Origin: Patescibacteria group bacterium
GTDB taxonomy: Bacteria; Patescibacteriota; Microgenomatia; UBA10105; UBA927
DNA length: 64,000 nucleotides
Reading direction: 5' to 3'
Assembly (NCBI GenBank): GCA_023379025.1
Contig: JAMCTH010000009.1
Coordinates: 213,318 to 277,317 of the forward strand
The notes below the pieces were generated by a model. The model was not told where the DNA came from and did not search any database. It saw nothing but the letters and a program-made list of their open reading frames with translations. Positions 28,863 to 38,025 of the stretch are shown piece after piece; positions within the stretch are counted from its first letter, which is position 1; the number at the start of each line of letters is the position of its first letter. A program made the translations under genes and the position numbers.

Positions 28863-29282
28863 ATGGAATTGACATTTGGGCCGGTCCAACCGATAGGGAT
28901 CAACAAAATACATGCTCGAGAAGCGGAACAGGCAAGTGGTGCCGTTCTCAGAACGGATTTTTTCTGGCTGAATGATCAAACTCAGCGGGCTATAGTCGAC
29001 CTCTTGCGAGAAATGGCACTGCGTATAGATGGGGATGACGCTACACAAGCACAAGCGTATTATGACGCCGTTTTAAATAGCCATAGGAATGAAAGAGAAA
29101 TACTCGTTAGAGATGAACAGGATGTCGATTGGTCCGAAGTACAGCATTATATATGTACCAGCTGTTTTACTATATGGCATGACATGGAACCGCCTGAACT
29201 TGTTGCCAGGCGCGTGGGGTCGGAATATACCGCGTATTGGGGGCTTATGGAGATGGGGCCAACGTGGGACGATTTGTTCTAA
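28863..29282 (+). CDS. Hypothetical protein
   Basis: 139-aa AT-richer ORF with CxxC; TATACT 7 nt upstream of the ATG. Confidence 0.55.
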   Translation: MELTFGPVQPIGINKIHAREAEQASGAVLRTDFFWLNDQTQRAIVDLLREMALRIDGDDATQAQAYYDAVLNSHRNEREILVRDEQDVDWSEVQHYICTSCFTIWHDMEPPELVARRVGSEYTAYWGLMEMGPTWDDLF

Positions 29283-29307
29283 CAGAAAACCATCCCATTA
29301 ATCCAAG

Positions 29308-29379
29308 TGCCAGGGGAGAGGATCGGACTCTCGACCGTCACCTTATGAAGATGCTGCTCTACCGCTGAGCTACCCTGGC
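29308..29379 (-). tRNA. tRNA-Met(CAU), elongator type
   Basis: gccaggg/ccctggc acceptor (G1-C72); loop ttCATaa; T arm gagag-tccgatc-ctctc. Confidence 0.85.
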
Positions 29380-29559
29380 CTGAAGTACGTGCTTATTTTA
29401 CGGAAATTACGGGTGAAAGGCAATCAATGAGCAGGAGAACTGAGGTGATTTATAAGGGTGAGGGAGTCTATGGACATGAAGATTTTCAGGATGCATTTCT
29501 CCAGAATACCCCTTTGGGTTGTTGCCAAAAGACTCTCAATGCGCGGACTTTCTGTGCAC

Positions 29560-29622
29560 GTTCCGGGTCCGGGAGCCCTTTCGACTCAAAGACCCGCTCA
29601 GGATAAACTACTCCTCCCGGCA
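29560..29622. repeat. Degenerate initiator-tRNA 3' tail module (copy 1)
   Basis: gttccgggtccgggag (14/16 match to the tRNA 3' end) followed by ...ctcaggataaactactcctcccggc; paralogous to 32804-32866. Confidence 0.75.
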
Positions 29623-29669
29623 GGAGGTGCAAATAAAAATCCTCCATAATGAGGGTCTTTATTATATCT

Positions 29670-29701
29670 GTTGCGGGGAGTACAAGAACTTAGAACCTAT
29701 T
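29670..29701 (+). repeat. 32-bp att-like repeat 1
   Basis: gttgcggggagtacaagaacttagaacctatt. Confidence 0.8.
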
Positions 29702-29803
29702 ATCTTCAAGATTTGCCCAATACAACTTAGCAGTTGCAGATTTTAATATATAAAGTCAATGCTGATTGAGGTAAAATAGGCCGTCTTAACAATCTAAATG
29801 TAA

Positions 29804-29835
29804 GTTGTGTGGAGTACGAAAAATTGGAACCTATC
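29804..29835 (+). repeat. 32-bp att-like repeat 2
   Basis: gttgtgtggagtacgaaaaattggaacctatc. Confidence 0.75.
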
Positions 29836-29872
29836 AGTTGACCGTTTACATCTTTTTCCACTAGTTTAGCCC

Positions 29873-30673
29873 GTGAGCGATTCAGATTGTACTATTCTCC
29901 TTGGGGAACTCACCGAGGTTTTGGAAGTACAATTTGATTCTCCGCCTGATTACAGTTTATTCAAAGGAGAAAAATGTATCCCAAGACTCATGTTGAGCGA
30001 TGGCTGTTTATTCCGTTGTTCTTTTTGTACCGTCCCCACCACATTAACAGTCGTATCTCCTGGGAAAATAGAAGAACAGGTAGAGGAACTTAAGGTTCTT
30101 GATTTTAAGCTCATTTTTATCAATGATAAATCATTTGGACAAGCCAAAAATTGGCGAGCAATACGCGAAGTTTTCGAGCAAGTACATAGATACAATCAAG
30201 ATTTCTTAGGATTTATCGTCCAAACGCCTCCCAGTTTAGCTTTAAAGGATCGACTGATGGAAGCTGCGGTCGATTTAGGAGTAAAATATATGGAGTTTGG
30301 AGTAGAAACGGTCAGTGATGAACATCTTGCGTTGTTTAATAAGCCTTATCGTGTAAAACATTTAGATGAAGCATGTGAACGAGCACGGCGATTAGGACTC
30401 AAGATTATCCCAAATTTTATCTTAGGAATTCCTGGAGATGATTACAAGGCAACCATTGAATGGGTGACGAGAAATAGAGATATTATTCCTGTTGTCAATA
30501 TTAACTTTTTAGCGCTTCATTTTGGGAATATGCGAGGTAGACTGCCATGGCAGTCACAGACGTTAGGCGATCGAGATCAAAACGTGGCGAAAAAGTCATG
30601 GCTTTCCCAGGATGACCTAGCTCGCATGAGAGATGCCATGGAAACTATATATGCAATCACCTCAGGGAGCTAA
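29873..30673 (+). CDS. Radical SAM protein, probably N-terminally truncated
   Basis: GCLFRCSFC motif only about 45 aa from a GTG start; DKSFG; FGVET; FILGIPG; in-frame stop at 29867. Confidence 0.75.
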   Translation: MSDSDCTILLGELTEVLEVQFDSPPDYSLFKGEKCIPRLMLSDGCLFRCSFCTVPTTLTVVSPGKIEEQVEELKVLDFKLIFINDKSFGQAKNWRAIREVFEQVHRYNQDFLGFIVQTPPSLALKDRLMEAAVDLGVKYMEFGVETVSDEHLALFNKPYRVKHLDEACERARRLGLKIIPNFILGIPGDDYKATIEWVTRNRDIIPVVNINFLALHFGNMRGRLPWQSQTLGDRDQNVAKKSWLSQDDLARMRDAMETIYAITSGS

Positions 30674-31343
30674 ACTATCATTTGATTTTGGATTTGTCAT
30701 TCCACTCCAGGCAGAAGCACGACCGTTATTGGATACACTCAAAAACAGAAAGCACAGGGATGGCTCGAGAACGATATACACGGGCCTATTCCACAATAAA
30801 AAGGTAAGTCTTATTATTTCCGGCTGTGGGAAGATCAAATCTGCATCCGCAACACAATATCTGATTGACGGCTATCCGGCAAGGACATATATCCATTATG
30901 GAACTGCAGGCGCTCTTTCCGACAAACTCAACATAGGCGATATTGTCATTGCGACACAGGTGATTGAGCACGATGTAGTGGAATTATTTCCAAAAAAGGT
31001 CCCTCCTCCTGTCCATAAAATATTCACGGAACGATTGAAAAGACAGTTGAAAGGTTTTCATGGCTCACCGCTTGTTTGGGGATCAATTCTATCGGGAGAT
31101 GAAGATATTATTACAGCGAAAAGGAAAAAGGAACTATATCAACAACACAAAGGCTTTTCAGTAGATTGCGAATCGGCAGGGTTTGCATTAACGTGCCAAT
31201 TAAATCATGCACAAGGGTATGTATTTCGTGGCATTAGCGATCATGCCTATGAACATACATCATCCGAATATGAAAAAAATCGAAAGGTAACGATTGATAA
31301 TATGGTAAAACTTTTTATCTATCTAGTCATCAGCCACCCCTAA
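30651..31343 (+). CDS. 5'-methylthioadenosine/SAH nucleosidase family (MtnN-like)
   Basis: SGCGKI, GTAGAL..IGDIVI, ILSGD, VDCESAG and RGISD motifs. Confidence 0.82.
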   Translation: MQSPQGAKLSFDFGFVIPLQAEARPLLDTLKNRKHRDGSRTIYTGLFHNKKVSLIISGCGKIKSASATQYLIDGYPARTYIHYGTAGALSDKLNIGDIVIATQVIEHDVVELFPKKVPPPVHKIFTERLKRQLKGFHGSPLVWGSILSGDEDIITAKRKKELYQQHKGFSVDCESAGFALTCQLNHAQGYVFRGISDHAYEHTSSEYEKNRKVTIDNMVKLFIYLVISHP

Positions 31344-31372
31344 GTTTTAGGTTCTGATTTGTTGTAAGCCCT

Positions 31373-31813
31373 ATGTTGCGGGTGTTACAGAAAATTAGAA
31401 CCTATTATTTAACAGAGGCGGTCAAAAATTGTCTTAATGTACATTTTGTGGCTATGGACTTTAGCCAAGATTTATTTCCTGATGGAAGTTTTGATTTGGT
31501 AACTATGTCTTATGGTCTTAGGTTTGTCCCTAAAGGCCATGAAAAGAATTTTGTCCAAAATATAATTAGGTGGATGAGAATCGGAGGCAAGTTAATTCTT
31601 GTCGATTTACAATCAGCAAAATTTGAACGATTGCAAGAATTTATCTCCCATTGTCTTTGGAAAGCAGACAATCTCCAATTTAAGAGAGAAGAAAATTTGA
31701 TTGATGCCTTTGGAGCTAATCTTAAACTTATGGGAATTTCTCGCCTTGGACAGGAGAGACTTTTAGCCAAAACTGTTGCTTATTATTTTGAGAAAACTGT
31801 AGGCTATAAATGA
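31373..31813 (+). pseudogene. C-terminal half of a class I SAM methyltransferase fused to the att-repeat reading frame
   Basis: FPDGSFDLVT and MRIGGKLILVD present; motif I (GxGxG) absent; N-terminus is the repeat-encoded LRVLQKIRTYY. Confidence 0.65.
31375..31406 (+). repeat. 32-bp att-like repeat 3
   Basis: gttgcgggtgttacagaaaattagaacctatt. Confidence 0.8.
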
Positions 31814-31848
31814 TAAAATATTACATTGTGACGGCCTAAACCTTATTT

Positions 31849-31880
31849 GTTGCGGGGGTTGCGAGAAATGGGAACCTATT
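31849..31880 (+). repeat. 32-bp att-like repeat 4
   Basis: gttgcgggggttgcgagaaatgggaacctatt. Confidence 0.8.
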
Positions 31881-31900
31881 CTTTAATCGCGTAAAAATAA

Positions 31901-32746
31901 TCATTTTGCATTTATATCCACTATAAACGGATAATGGTCGGAGGTGCGATCAAACAGGTCTCCACGTACAACCCATGTCGAGGCAACAACGATATTGGGT
32001 GTGCCGAATGCGTAATCAAACCGTAAAAACGGAGAAATGAGTCTGGAGAATTTCTTAGTCGGAGTGATGGGCTGCACATTTGAAGCTGCCATGTCGACAA
32101 ACCCATGAGACTTAATCAACTGAATTGTCCCCCTGTGAGCAATTTTGCTTTCGACTGAATAGACACGGTGCTTTAACCGTCGGGGGAGGTATCGGTATAT
32201 CCTTTGAAACGTCTTCTGAACATATTCGATGTCACGATCAGCGAGCGAATTAAAGTCACCCGTGATAATGGTGTGTTTTCCTGGTTCAATATGCTGCATA
32301 AGTGCCGCGAGTTGTTGCATTCGTCTTTTTTCGGCAACGTCGTCAAGATAGACAGAAAATATATCTACGGGTTTGTCATCGATTTTTAACGATGTTTTAA
32401 TAGCATCCCGGGTGCCCAGAGAAACCGTTTGAAACTTCACAGTATCAGAATTTGAAAGGACCGTTATCCCGTTATTGTGACCAAGTTTCTTGAGGCGGTC
32501 GTCATTGAGGTTTATACAATATGCATGTTTATACTTGAACATCGTTTGGAGTTGTTCCTGGCTATACAAAGAATCCCAACGGAATGTGTCTACGAGAGTT
32601 ACAAAATCAGCATGAAATGAACGGATGCCTTCAATAATCTCAGGAAGAAAATGAGGTGACAGCGACGTGACATCATACCCCTCAAACCCGCCGCTTTCGA
32701 TATTCCATTCGGCAAAACGCGTGCTTTGTCGTTCTGGAGAATTCAT
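31901..32746 (-). CDS. Endonuclease/exonuclease/phosphatase (EEP) family protein
   Basis: WNI, ITGDFN, RFDY and SDHYP motifs. Confidence 0.88.
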   Translation of the reverse strand: MNSPERQSTRFAEWNIESGGFEGYDVTSLSPHFLPEIIEGIRSFHADFVTLVDTFRWDSLYSQEQLQTMFKYKHAYCINLNDDRLKKLGHNNGITVLSNSDTVKFQTVSLGTRDAIKTSLKIDDKPVDIFSVYLDDVAEKRRMQQLAALMQHIEPGKHTIITGDFNSLADRDIEYVQKTFQRIYRYLPRRLKHRVYSVESKIAHRGTIQLIKSHGFVDMAASNVQPITPTKKFSRLISPFLRFDYAFGTPNIVVASTWVVRGDLFDRTSDHYPFIVDINAK

Positions 32747-32803
32747 GGGAGTTATTATAGCAAATATAAAAATAGCCCGTATGAACGGGCTAAATTAGAT
32801 TCG

Positions 32804-32866
32804 GTTGCGGGGCCGGGAGTTCCTTCGCCGTCAGAACGGTCTCAGGATAAACTGCTCCTCCCAGCC
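32804..32866. repeat. Initiator-tRNA 3' tail module (copy 2)
   Basis: gttgcggggccgggagt is identical (17 bp) to 32909-32925, followed by ...ctcaggataaactgctcctcccagc. Confidence 0.85.
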
Positions 32867-32867
32867 G

Positions 32868-32906
32868 ATACCAAAAAGACTCTCGAATTGAGAGCCTTTT
32901 TGGTAT
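32868..32906 (-). terminator. Hairpin terminator downstream of the initiator tRNA
   Basis: ataccaaaaagactctc-gaatt-gagagcctttttggtat. Confidence 0.75.
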
Positions 32907-32909
32907 AAG

Positions 32910-32979
32910 TTGCGGGGCCGGGAGTCGCACCCGGCCTAGAAGATTATGAGCCTTCTGTGCTACTGTACACTACCCCGCG
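32910..32979 (-). tRNA. Initiator-type tRNA-Met(CAU)
   Basis: cgcgggg/ccccgca with C1:A72 mismatch; loop ctCATaa; T arm ccggg-tgcgact-cccgg. Confidence 0.88.
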
Positions 32980-33062
32980 GTTCGTTAAAGAACTTTCGTA
33001 TTATAGTCTACACGCATCTAATGAGCAATTCGTACCTATGGCGTATGCTACAATAATACCCT

Positions 33063-33404
33063 ATGCAATCAGAGAAAAAGCCAACGTACGCGACGCCATT
33101 CGGACAGTACATATCCATTCTCGATCACGCGGATCCGAACGTTCGAGATGCAGAAGAATTTGGTTCCATGCTCATCCTCTCTCTGGTTGAGGAGGTAGGG
33201 GAGATGGCGCGTTCGTATCTTGCCAAGCATGGCAGGAAACCGACAAACCTCGCGGCTCAGGAAGATGAAACGTATGAGGAGGAGCTGGGCGACATCCTCG
33301 TGTCCGTCCTCCGGTTTGCCAGGATCAAAAACATCGACCTCCACGAGCGCGTCATGTACTCCCTCAGGAAGGTGGAGAAACGCCAGAGGAAGCCAAAAAC
33401 ATAA
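33063..33404 (+). CDS. MazG-like NTP pyrophosphohydrolase
   Basis: LVEEVGEMA...EEELGDIL. Confidence 0.85.
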   Translation: MQSEKKPTYATPFGQYISILDHADPNVRDAEEFGSMLILSLVEEVGEMARSYLAKHGRKPTNLAAQEDETYEEELGDILVSVLRFARIKNIDLHERVMYSLRKVEKRQRKPKT

Positions 33405-33475
33405 ACAAGCCCCGTCGTAATCCTTCGGGTGAATACCTCTGAGGGTTTGTTATACAATGAAGGAGCAATAAACCT

Positions 33476-34912
33476 ATGAAACGCTTTCTTTCCGGTATTA
33501 CGCCCTCTGGGGACGGGAGCCTCCATATAGGCAATTACCTCGGTGCCGTCAGACAGTTCATCTCGCTGTCCCGCGACAACGAGGCGTTCCTCATGATTGC
33601 CGACCTGCACGCGCTCACGACCATCCGGGATAAGAAACGGCTGGAGCATAACGTGGAGGAGTTGGTACGTAATGAACTCGCGCTCCTTATGGGAACGCTC
33701 GGCGGGGAGCTTCCGAACATCACGTTTTTCCGCCAGTCCGATGTCCCGGCGCATACGGAACTCCAGTCGATTCTCAATAACGTGACGCCATTGGGGCTCG
33801 TCAAGCGTGCCCACGCATACAAGGATAAACTGGAGAAGGAGAGCGCGGAGGAGGATATAAACCTCGGCCTTTTCAACTATCCGGTCCTTATGGCCGCGGA
33901 CATTCTGCTCTATCAGACGGACTTCGTGCCGGTCGGGAAGGACCAGAAGCAGCATATTGAAATTACGAGAGATATTGCCGGACGATTTAATAAGACGTTC
34001 TGCAAAAAAATTTTTAAACTTCCTGAACCGTACATTCCTGAAGAAGTTTCCGTCATCATGGGGACGGACGGGAAACGCAAGATGAGTAAATCGCTCGGAA
34101 ACATCATCAGCATCTTTGAGCCGGAAGAGGTAATCCGGAAACAAGTGATGGAGACGTATACAGATCCCGCTCGGATTCATGCAACTGACCTCGGACATAT
34201 AGCAGGAAACATGGTGTTCCGGTACCTCGAATTTTTCGGTACTAAACAGAAAGTCGACGAATTGAAAGAAGCCTACAAAAAAGGCCAGGTGGCTGATGTT
34301 GAGGTAAAAAATTATTTGTATGCATCGCTTCTCAAAACGTTCGCTCCGGCGCGGGAGAAATATCATGCGTTGGCAAACAACCCGGAAGCGGTCAGGGAGA
34401 TTTTACAGGAAGGCGCCCGAAAGGCAAACGCCGTTGCCTCCCGGACAATGGTGGAAGCGAGGAGGACGATTGGCCTCTCGAACGCCTACTCGTGTCCTTC
34501 CGGTTCATCATATACGCCTGTACCGTCAGAAAGGCAAAATCAAGGTCTGACCCCGGTTACCCCGGTTACACTGGCTGAGTTTGCTCGGATGGAAATACGG
34601 GTCGGTAAAGTTATTGAAGCATCGAATAAAGAAGGCAGCGAAAAGCTTATCCGGCTGGTTGTTGATGTGGGTGAAACCAAGCCACGAATTATATTTACCG
34701 GCGTACGGGGGTTTGGGTATACGCCGGAAGACTTTGCCGGCAAGCAGTTTCTCTTTATCACGAACCTCGCGCCGCGCAAAATGATGGGCGAGGAGTCTCA
34801 GGGTATGATCCTTGCTGTTGACGGAAACGAACGGCCTCGTGGTGAGCATGACGCAAAAAAGCCGGTGTTTATCACCGCAGAAGGTATGCCATTGGGCGCA
34901 AAAGTGCGCTGA
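33476..34912 (+). CDS. trpS: Tryptophanyl-tRNA synthetase fused to a C-terminal tRNA-binding (Trbp111/CsaA-like) OB domain
   Basis: SGITPSG..HIGN, YPVLMAADIL and KMSKS motifs; C-terminal EIRVGKV...KLIRLVVD...NLAPRKMMGEESQGMILA. Confidence 0.93.
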   Translation: MKRFLSGITPSGDGSLHIGNYLGAVRQFISLSRDNEAFLMIADLHALTTIRDKKRLEHNVEELVRNELALLMGTLGGELPNITFFRQSDVPAHTELQSILNNVTPLGLVKRAHAYKDKLEKESAEEDINLGLFNYPVLMAADILLYQTDFVPVGKDQKQHIEITRDIAGRFNKTFCKKIFKLPEPYIPEEVSVIMGTDGKRKMSKSLGNIISIFEPEEVIRKQVMETYTDPARIHATDLGHIAGNMVFRYLEFFGTKQKVDELKEAYKKGQVADVEVKNYLYASLLKTFAPAREKYHALANNPEAVREILQEGARKANAVASRTMVEARRTIGLSNAYSCPSGSSYTPVPSERQNQGLTPVTPVTLAEFARMEIRVGKVIEASNKEGSEKLIRLVVDVGETKPRIIFTGVRGFGYTPEDFAGKQFLFITNLAPRKMMGEESQGMILAVDGNERPRGEHDAKKPVFITAEGMPLGAKVR

Positions 34913-34960
34913 CACACGGCACATATCCTCCGGCTCCGTTCCGTGCTATAATTTACGGTT

Positions 34961-36862
34961 ATGAAACCCGATGAAAAACCCGCCGTGAAGCCGAAGAAAA
35001 ACGGAAACAACGGAAAGAAGGCGGCGAAGATCTACGAACTCAAGTTTTATCTGAATCCCAAAAACATCTTCATCGGCCTGTTTATCGTGTTTCTCCTCTT
35101 TTCCATGCTTGGGAGTGTCGGAACAACGGGAACGCCGGTGCCGGCTGAACCCCTTTCTACCGTCGTCGCCGACGCCCAGGCCGGGAAGATCAGGGAGGTG
35201 GATGTCGAAGACACCAAGCTGACAGTTCACTACAAAGACGGCAAGACAGTCACATCCTATAAAGAACCTGGTGAGTCCTTCCTGACACTTCTTAGCGATG
35301 CCAAGGTCAAACCGGACTCGCTTATTGTTACTGTCAAAGACACGAGCACGAGCCAACTCTGGCTCAATATCATCTCCAATGTGCTCCCGCTCGTTCTTAT
35401 GGTTTTGTTTTTTGTCTTTATTTTCCGGCAGGCGCGGGGCGCGCAGGACAACCTCTTCTCGTTCGGCCAGAGTAAGGCGCGGGTCTGGAATAAGGATTTG
35501 CCGAAAATCACCTTTACCGATGTTGCCGGCGTTGATGAGGCGAAAAATGAACTTGAAGAAATTGTGGATTTTCTGAAATCACCGGCTAAATACAAGGCGC
35601 TCGGAGCCAGGACGCCGAAAGGGGTAATTTTGGTCGGTCCGAGCGGCACCGGCAAAACGCTCCTCGCGAAAGCCGTCGCAGGAGAGGCAAAAGTACCGTT
35701 TTTTTCAATCGCCGGAAGCGAATTCATGGAAATGCTGGTGGGTGTCGGAGCTGCACGCGTCCGCGATCTCTTCGGCCAGGCAAAAAAGAGCGCGCCTTCC
35801 ATCATCTTCATCGACGAAATAGATGCAATCGGCCGGATGAGGAGTGTCGGCATCATGGGCGGGCATGACGAACGGGAGCAGACATTGAACCAAATCCTGG
35901 TCGAGATGGACGGATTTGAGCCGAATACCGCCGTCATGGTGATTGCCGCGACCAACCGCGGGGATCTTCTTGACTCCGCCCTTCTCCGGCCCGGCCGGTT
36001 CGACCGGCGGATCGTTCTCGACCTTCCCGACATGGAGGGGAGGAAAGCAATCCTTGCCATCCATGCCAAAGGGAAGCCGTTTGCCTCAGGCGTTGACTGG
36101 GACAAGGCCGCCAAACGGACGGTCGGCTTCAGCGGCGCGGATCTCGAGAACATGCTCAACGAAGCGGCGATTCTCGCCGCGCGCGGCAACAAGAAGGAAA
36201 TCGACATGAAGGATATTGAGGAGGCGGCCACCAAGGTAAAGCTCGGTCCGGAGAAAAAGCGGCTCCAAAGCGACCAGGACCGGAAGATGACTGCCTACCA
36301 TGAGGCCGGGCATGCGGTCGTCAATTACTTCTCTCCGTCTCTTGATATGGTGCACCGCATAAGCATCGTGTCCCGCGGTATGGCATTGGGGTACACGCTG
36401 TCTCCGCCGGAGAAAGACCGGCTGCACGAAACCCGCTCGCGACTGGTCGAGGAAATGGCAATGACCATGGGAGGCCGCGCCGCCGAAGAGACGGTATTTA
36501 AGGAAATGACGAGCGGGGCCGCCAATGACATTGACCAGGCAACGAGGATTGCGCGGTTCATGGTCATGGAGTTCGGGATGAGCGATTTGGGGCCCATCAA
36601 CTTCGGGCCGCAAATGGACGTAACGGAGTGGGGGAAGTCGTATATGGAGCCCCAGCAGATTTCGCCCCAGATGCAGGACAATATAGACCGGGAAGTGAAA
36701 ACGTTTCTCGACACCGCCTACCGGAAGGCGCTTGATATCCTCAAAAAACACAGAAAGGAGCTCGACCGGGTGGCCGAGGCCCTGATGAAAAAAGAAACGC
36801 TCGAGAGCGAGGAGTTCGAGTCGATCATGGGAGGTCCGAAACAACGACTCACGTCGTCATAA
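34961..36862 (+). CDS. ftsH: ATP-dependent zinc metalloprotease FtsH
   Basis: Two TM segments; GPSGTGKT; DEIDA; [10 protein letters not shown]; HEAGH. Confidence 0.97.
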   Translation: MKPDEKPAVKPKKNGNNGKKAAKIYELKFYLNPKNIFIGLFIVFLLFSMLGSVGTTGTPVPAEPLSTVVADAQAGKIREVDVEDTKLTVHYKDGKTVTSYKEPGESFLTLLSDAKVKPDSLIVTVKDTSTSQLWLNIISNVLPLVLMVLFFVFIFRQARGAQDNLFSFGQSKARVWNKDLPKITFTDVAGVDEAKNELEEIVDFLKSPAKYKALGARTPKGVILVGPSGTGKTLLAKAVAGEAKVPFFSIAGSEFMEMLVGVGAARVRDLFGQAKKSAPSIIFIDEIDAIGRMRSVGIMGGHDEREQTLNQILVEMDGFEPNTAVMVIAATNRGDLLDSALLRPGRFDRRIVLDLPDMEGRKAILAIHAKGKPFASGVDWDKAAKRTVGFSGADLENMLNEAAILAARGNKKEIDMKDIEEAATKVKLGPEKKRLQSDQDRKMTAYHEAGHAVVNYFSPSLDMVHRISIVSRGMALGYTLSPPEKDRLHETRSRLVEEMAMTMGGRAAEETVFKEMTSGAANDIDQATRIARFMVMEFGMSDLGPINFGPQMDVTEWGKSYMEPQQISPQMQDNIDREVKTFLDTAYRKALDILKKHRKELDRVAEALMKKETLESEEFESIMGGPKQRLTSS

Positions 36863-36945
36863 TCAAATTCTCAGATAATCCAATAATCAGATCATCAAAT
36901 TCTATCGGATCGCCGGATCATTTGTTGATTGGAGTATTGGATAAT
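36861..36945. repeat. Periodic repeat with inverted arms
   Basis: aatcaaat/tctcagat/aatccaat/aatcagat/catcaaat ... gattggagtattggat. Confidence 0.6.
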
Positions 36946-36950
36946 GTTCC

Positions 36951-37982
36951 ATGTCCCGACTCGTCCTTATCGACGGCAATGCAATTCTTCACCGCGCGTA
37001 TCATGCGCTCCCGCCACTCACCGCACCGGATGGCTCACCCGTCAATGCGGTCTACGGATTTACCTCCATCCTTCTGAAAATCTGGCAGGATCTGAAGCCT
37101 ACCTATATTGCCGTCGCGTTTGACCGGCCTGCACCAACGTTTAGAAAATCTTTATACAAAGAGTATCAGGCCACCCGTCCCAAAATGGACGAAGATCTGG
37201 TGGGGCAGGTCGGGAAAGTGCATGAGATGGTCCGGGCGTTCGGGATCCCCATTTATGAAAAAGACGGGTATGAGGCGGACGATGTGATCGGAACCATAGC
37301 AAAACAGGCGACAGGAAACAAGGAACAGGAGACAAGAAAGGGATCAGACAAGACTCATGTTCCGGATCACCTGCCGTCATCTATCGACGAAGTGATTATC
37401 GTGACGGGAGACCGGGATCTCATGCAGCTCATTGATGATCATACAAAACTCTATATGCCGGTGAAAGGAGTATCCGAGGCAAAACTGTTCGGCGTGAAGG
37501 AGGCGAAGGAACGCATCGGTGTTTTGCCGGAGCAAATCCCGGATTTCAAAGGGCTTGCCGGAGACGCTTCGGACAACTACCCGGGTATTGCCGGTATCGG
37601 GCCGAAAACCGCGATAGAGCTTCTTGCCGGATTCGGTTCGCTTGAGCGGTTGCTTCGTGCGGTAAAAGAACGCGATCCGAAGGTCAGAAAATTACCTGTT
37701 GGTCTTCAGGAGAAATTACAAAAAGGCATTGAAGATGCAGTCCTTTCCCACGAGCTTGCTACGGTAAAAAAGGATGTACCGCTCGATGAGTCAATACGCC
37801 TTAAGAAGATTGAAACGCTTGATACCCAGGGTGCGCGTGAAGAACTCGATAAATTTCGGTTTAAGAGTTTATTGAAGAGACTGCAGGGCGATGTGGTTCC
37901 GGGCAACAGGTCTCGGGGAGGCCTGAAACATGAGGGAAGGAAAAAAGAGAAAGGTCTTGACGGGCAGATGAGACTGGTATGA
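36951..37982 (+). CDS. Stand-alone 5'-3' exonuclease (PolI N-terminal domain)
   Basis: LIDGN..HRAYHA, EADDVIGT, TGDRD and GDASDNYPGIAGIGPKTA motifs; no polymerase domain. Confidence 0.92.
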   Translation: MSRLVLIDGNAILHRAYHALPPLTAPDGSPVNAVYGFTSILLKIWQDLKPTYIAVAFDRPAPTFRKSLYKEYQATRPKMDEDLVGQVGKVHEMVRAFGIPIYEKDGYEADDVIGTIAKQATGNKEQETRKGSDKTHVPDHLPSSIDEVIIVTGDRDLMQLIDDHTKLYMPVKGVSEAKLFGVKEAKERIGVLPEQIPDFKGLAGDASDNYPGIAGIGPKTAIELLAGFGSLERLLRAVKERDPKVRKLPVGLQEKLQKGIEDAVLSHELATVKKDVPLDESIRLKKIETLDTQGAREELDKFRFKSLLKRLQGDVVPGNRSRGGLKHEGRKKEKGLDGQMRLV

Positions 37983-38025
37983 GTTTAAAGCTTAGCTTTG
38001 AATGTAGGTGGAGCCTTGGAATGCT

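Noticed and set aside
28863-29379. Island integrated at the elongator tRNA-Met
   Set aside because: No duplicate of its 3' end was found by eye, and there is only a single orphan ORF.
29670-31880. The 32-bp repeats as a CRISPR array
   Set aside because: Spacing is 134-1571 bp and irregular, the repeats are degenerate with codon-like variation, and there are no cas genes.
29670-31880. The repeats as integron attC sites
   Set aside because: They start with GTT but lack the long imperfect palindrome of attC, and no IntI is present.
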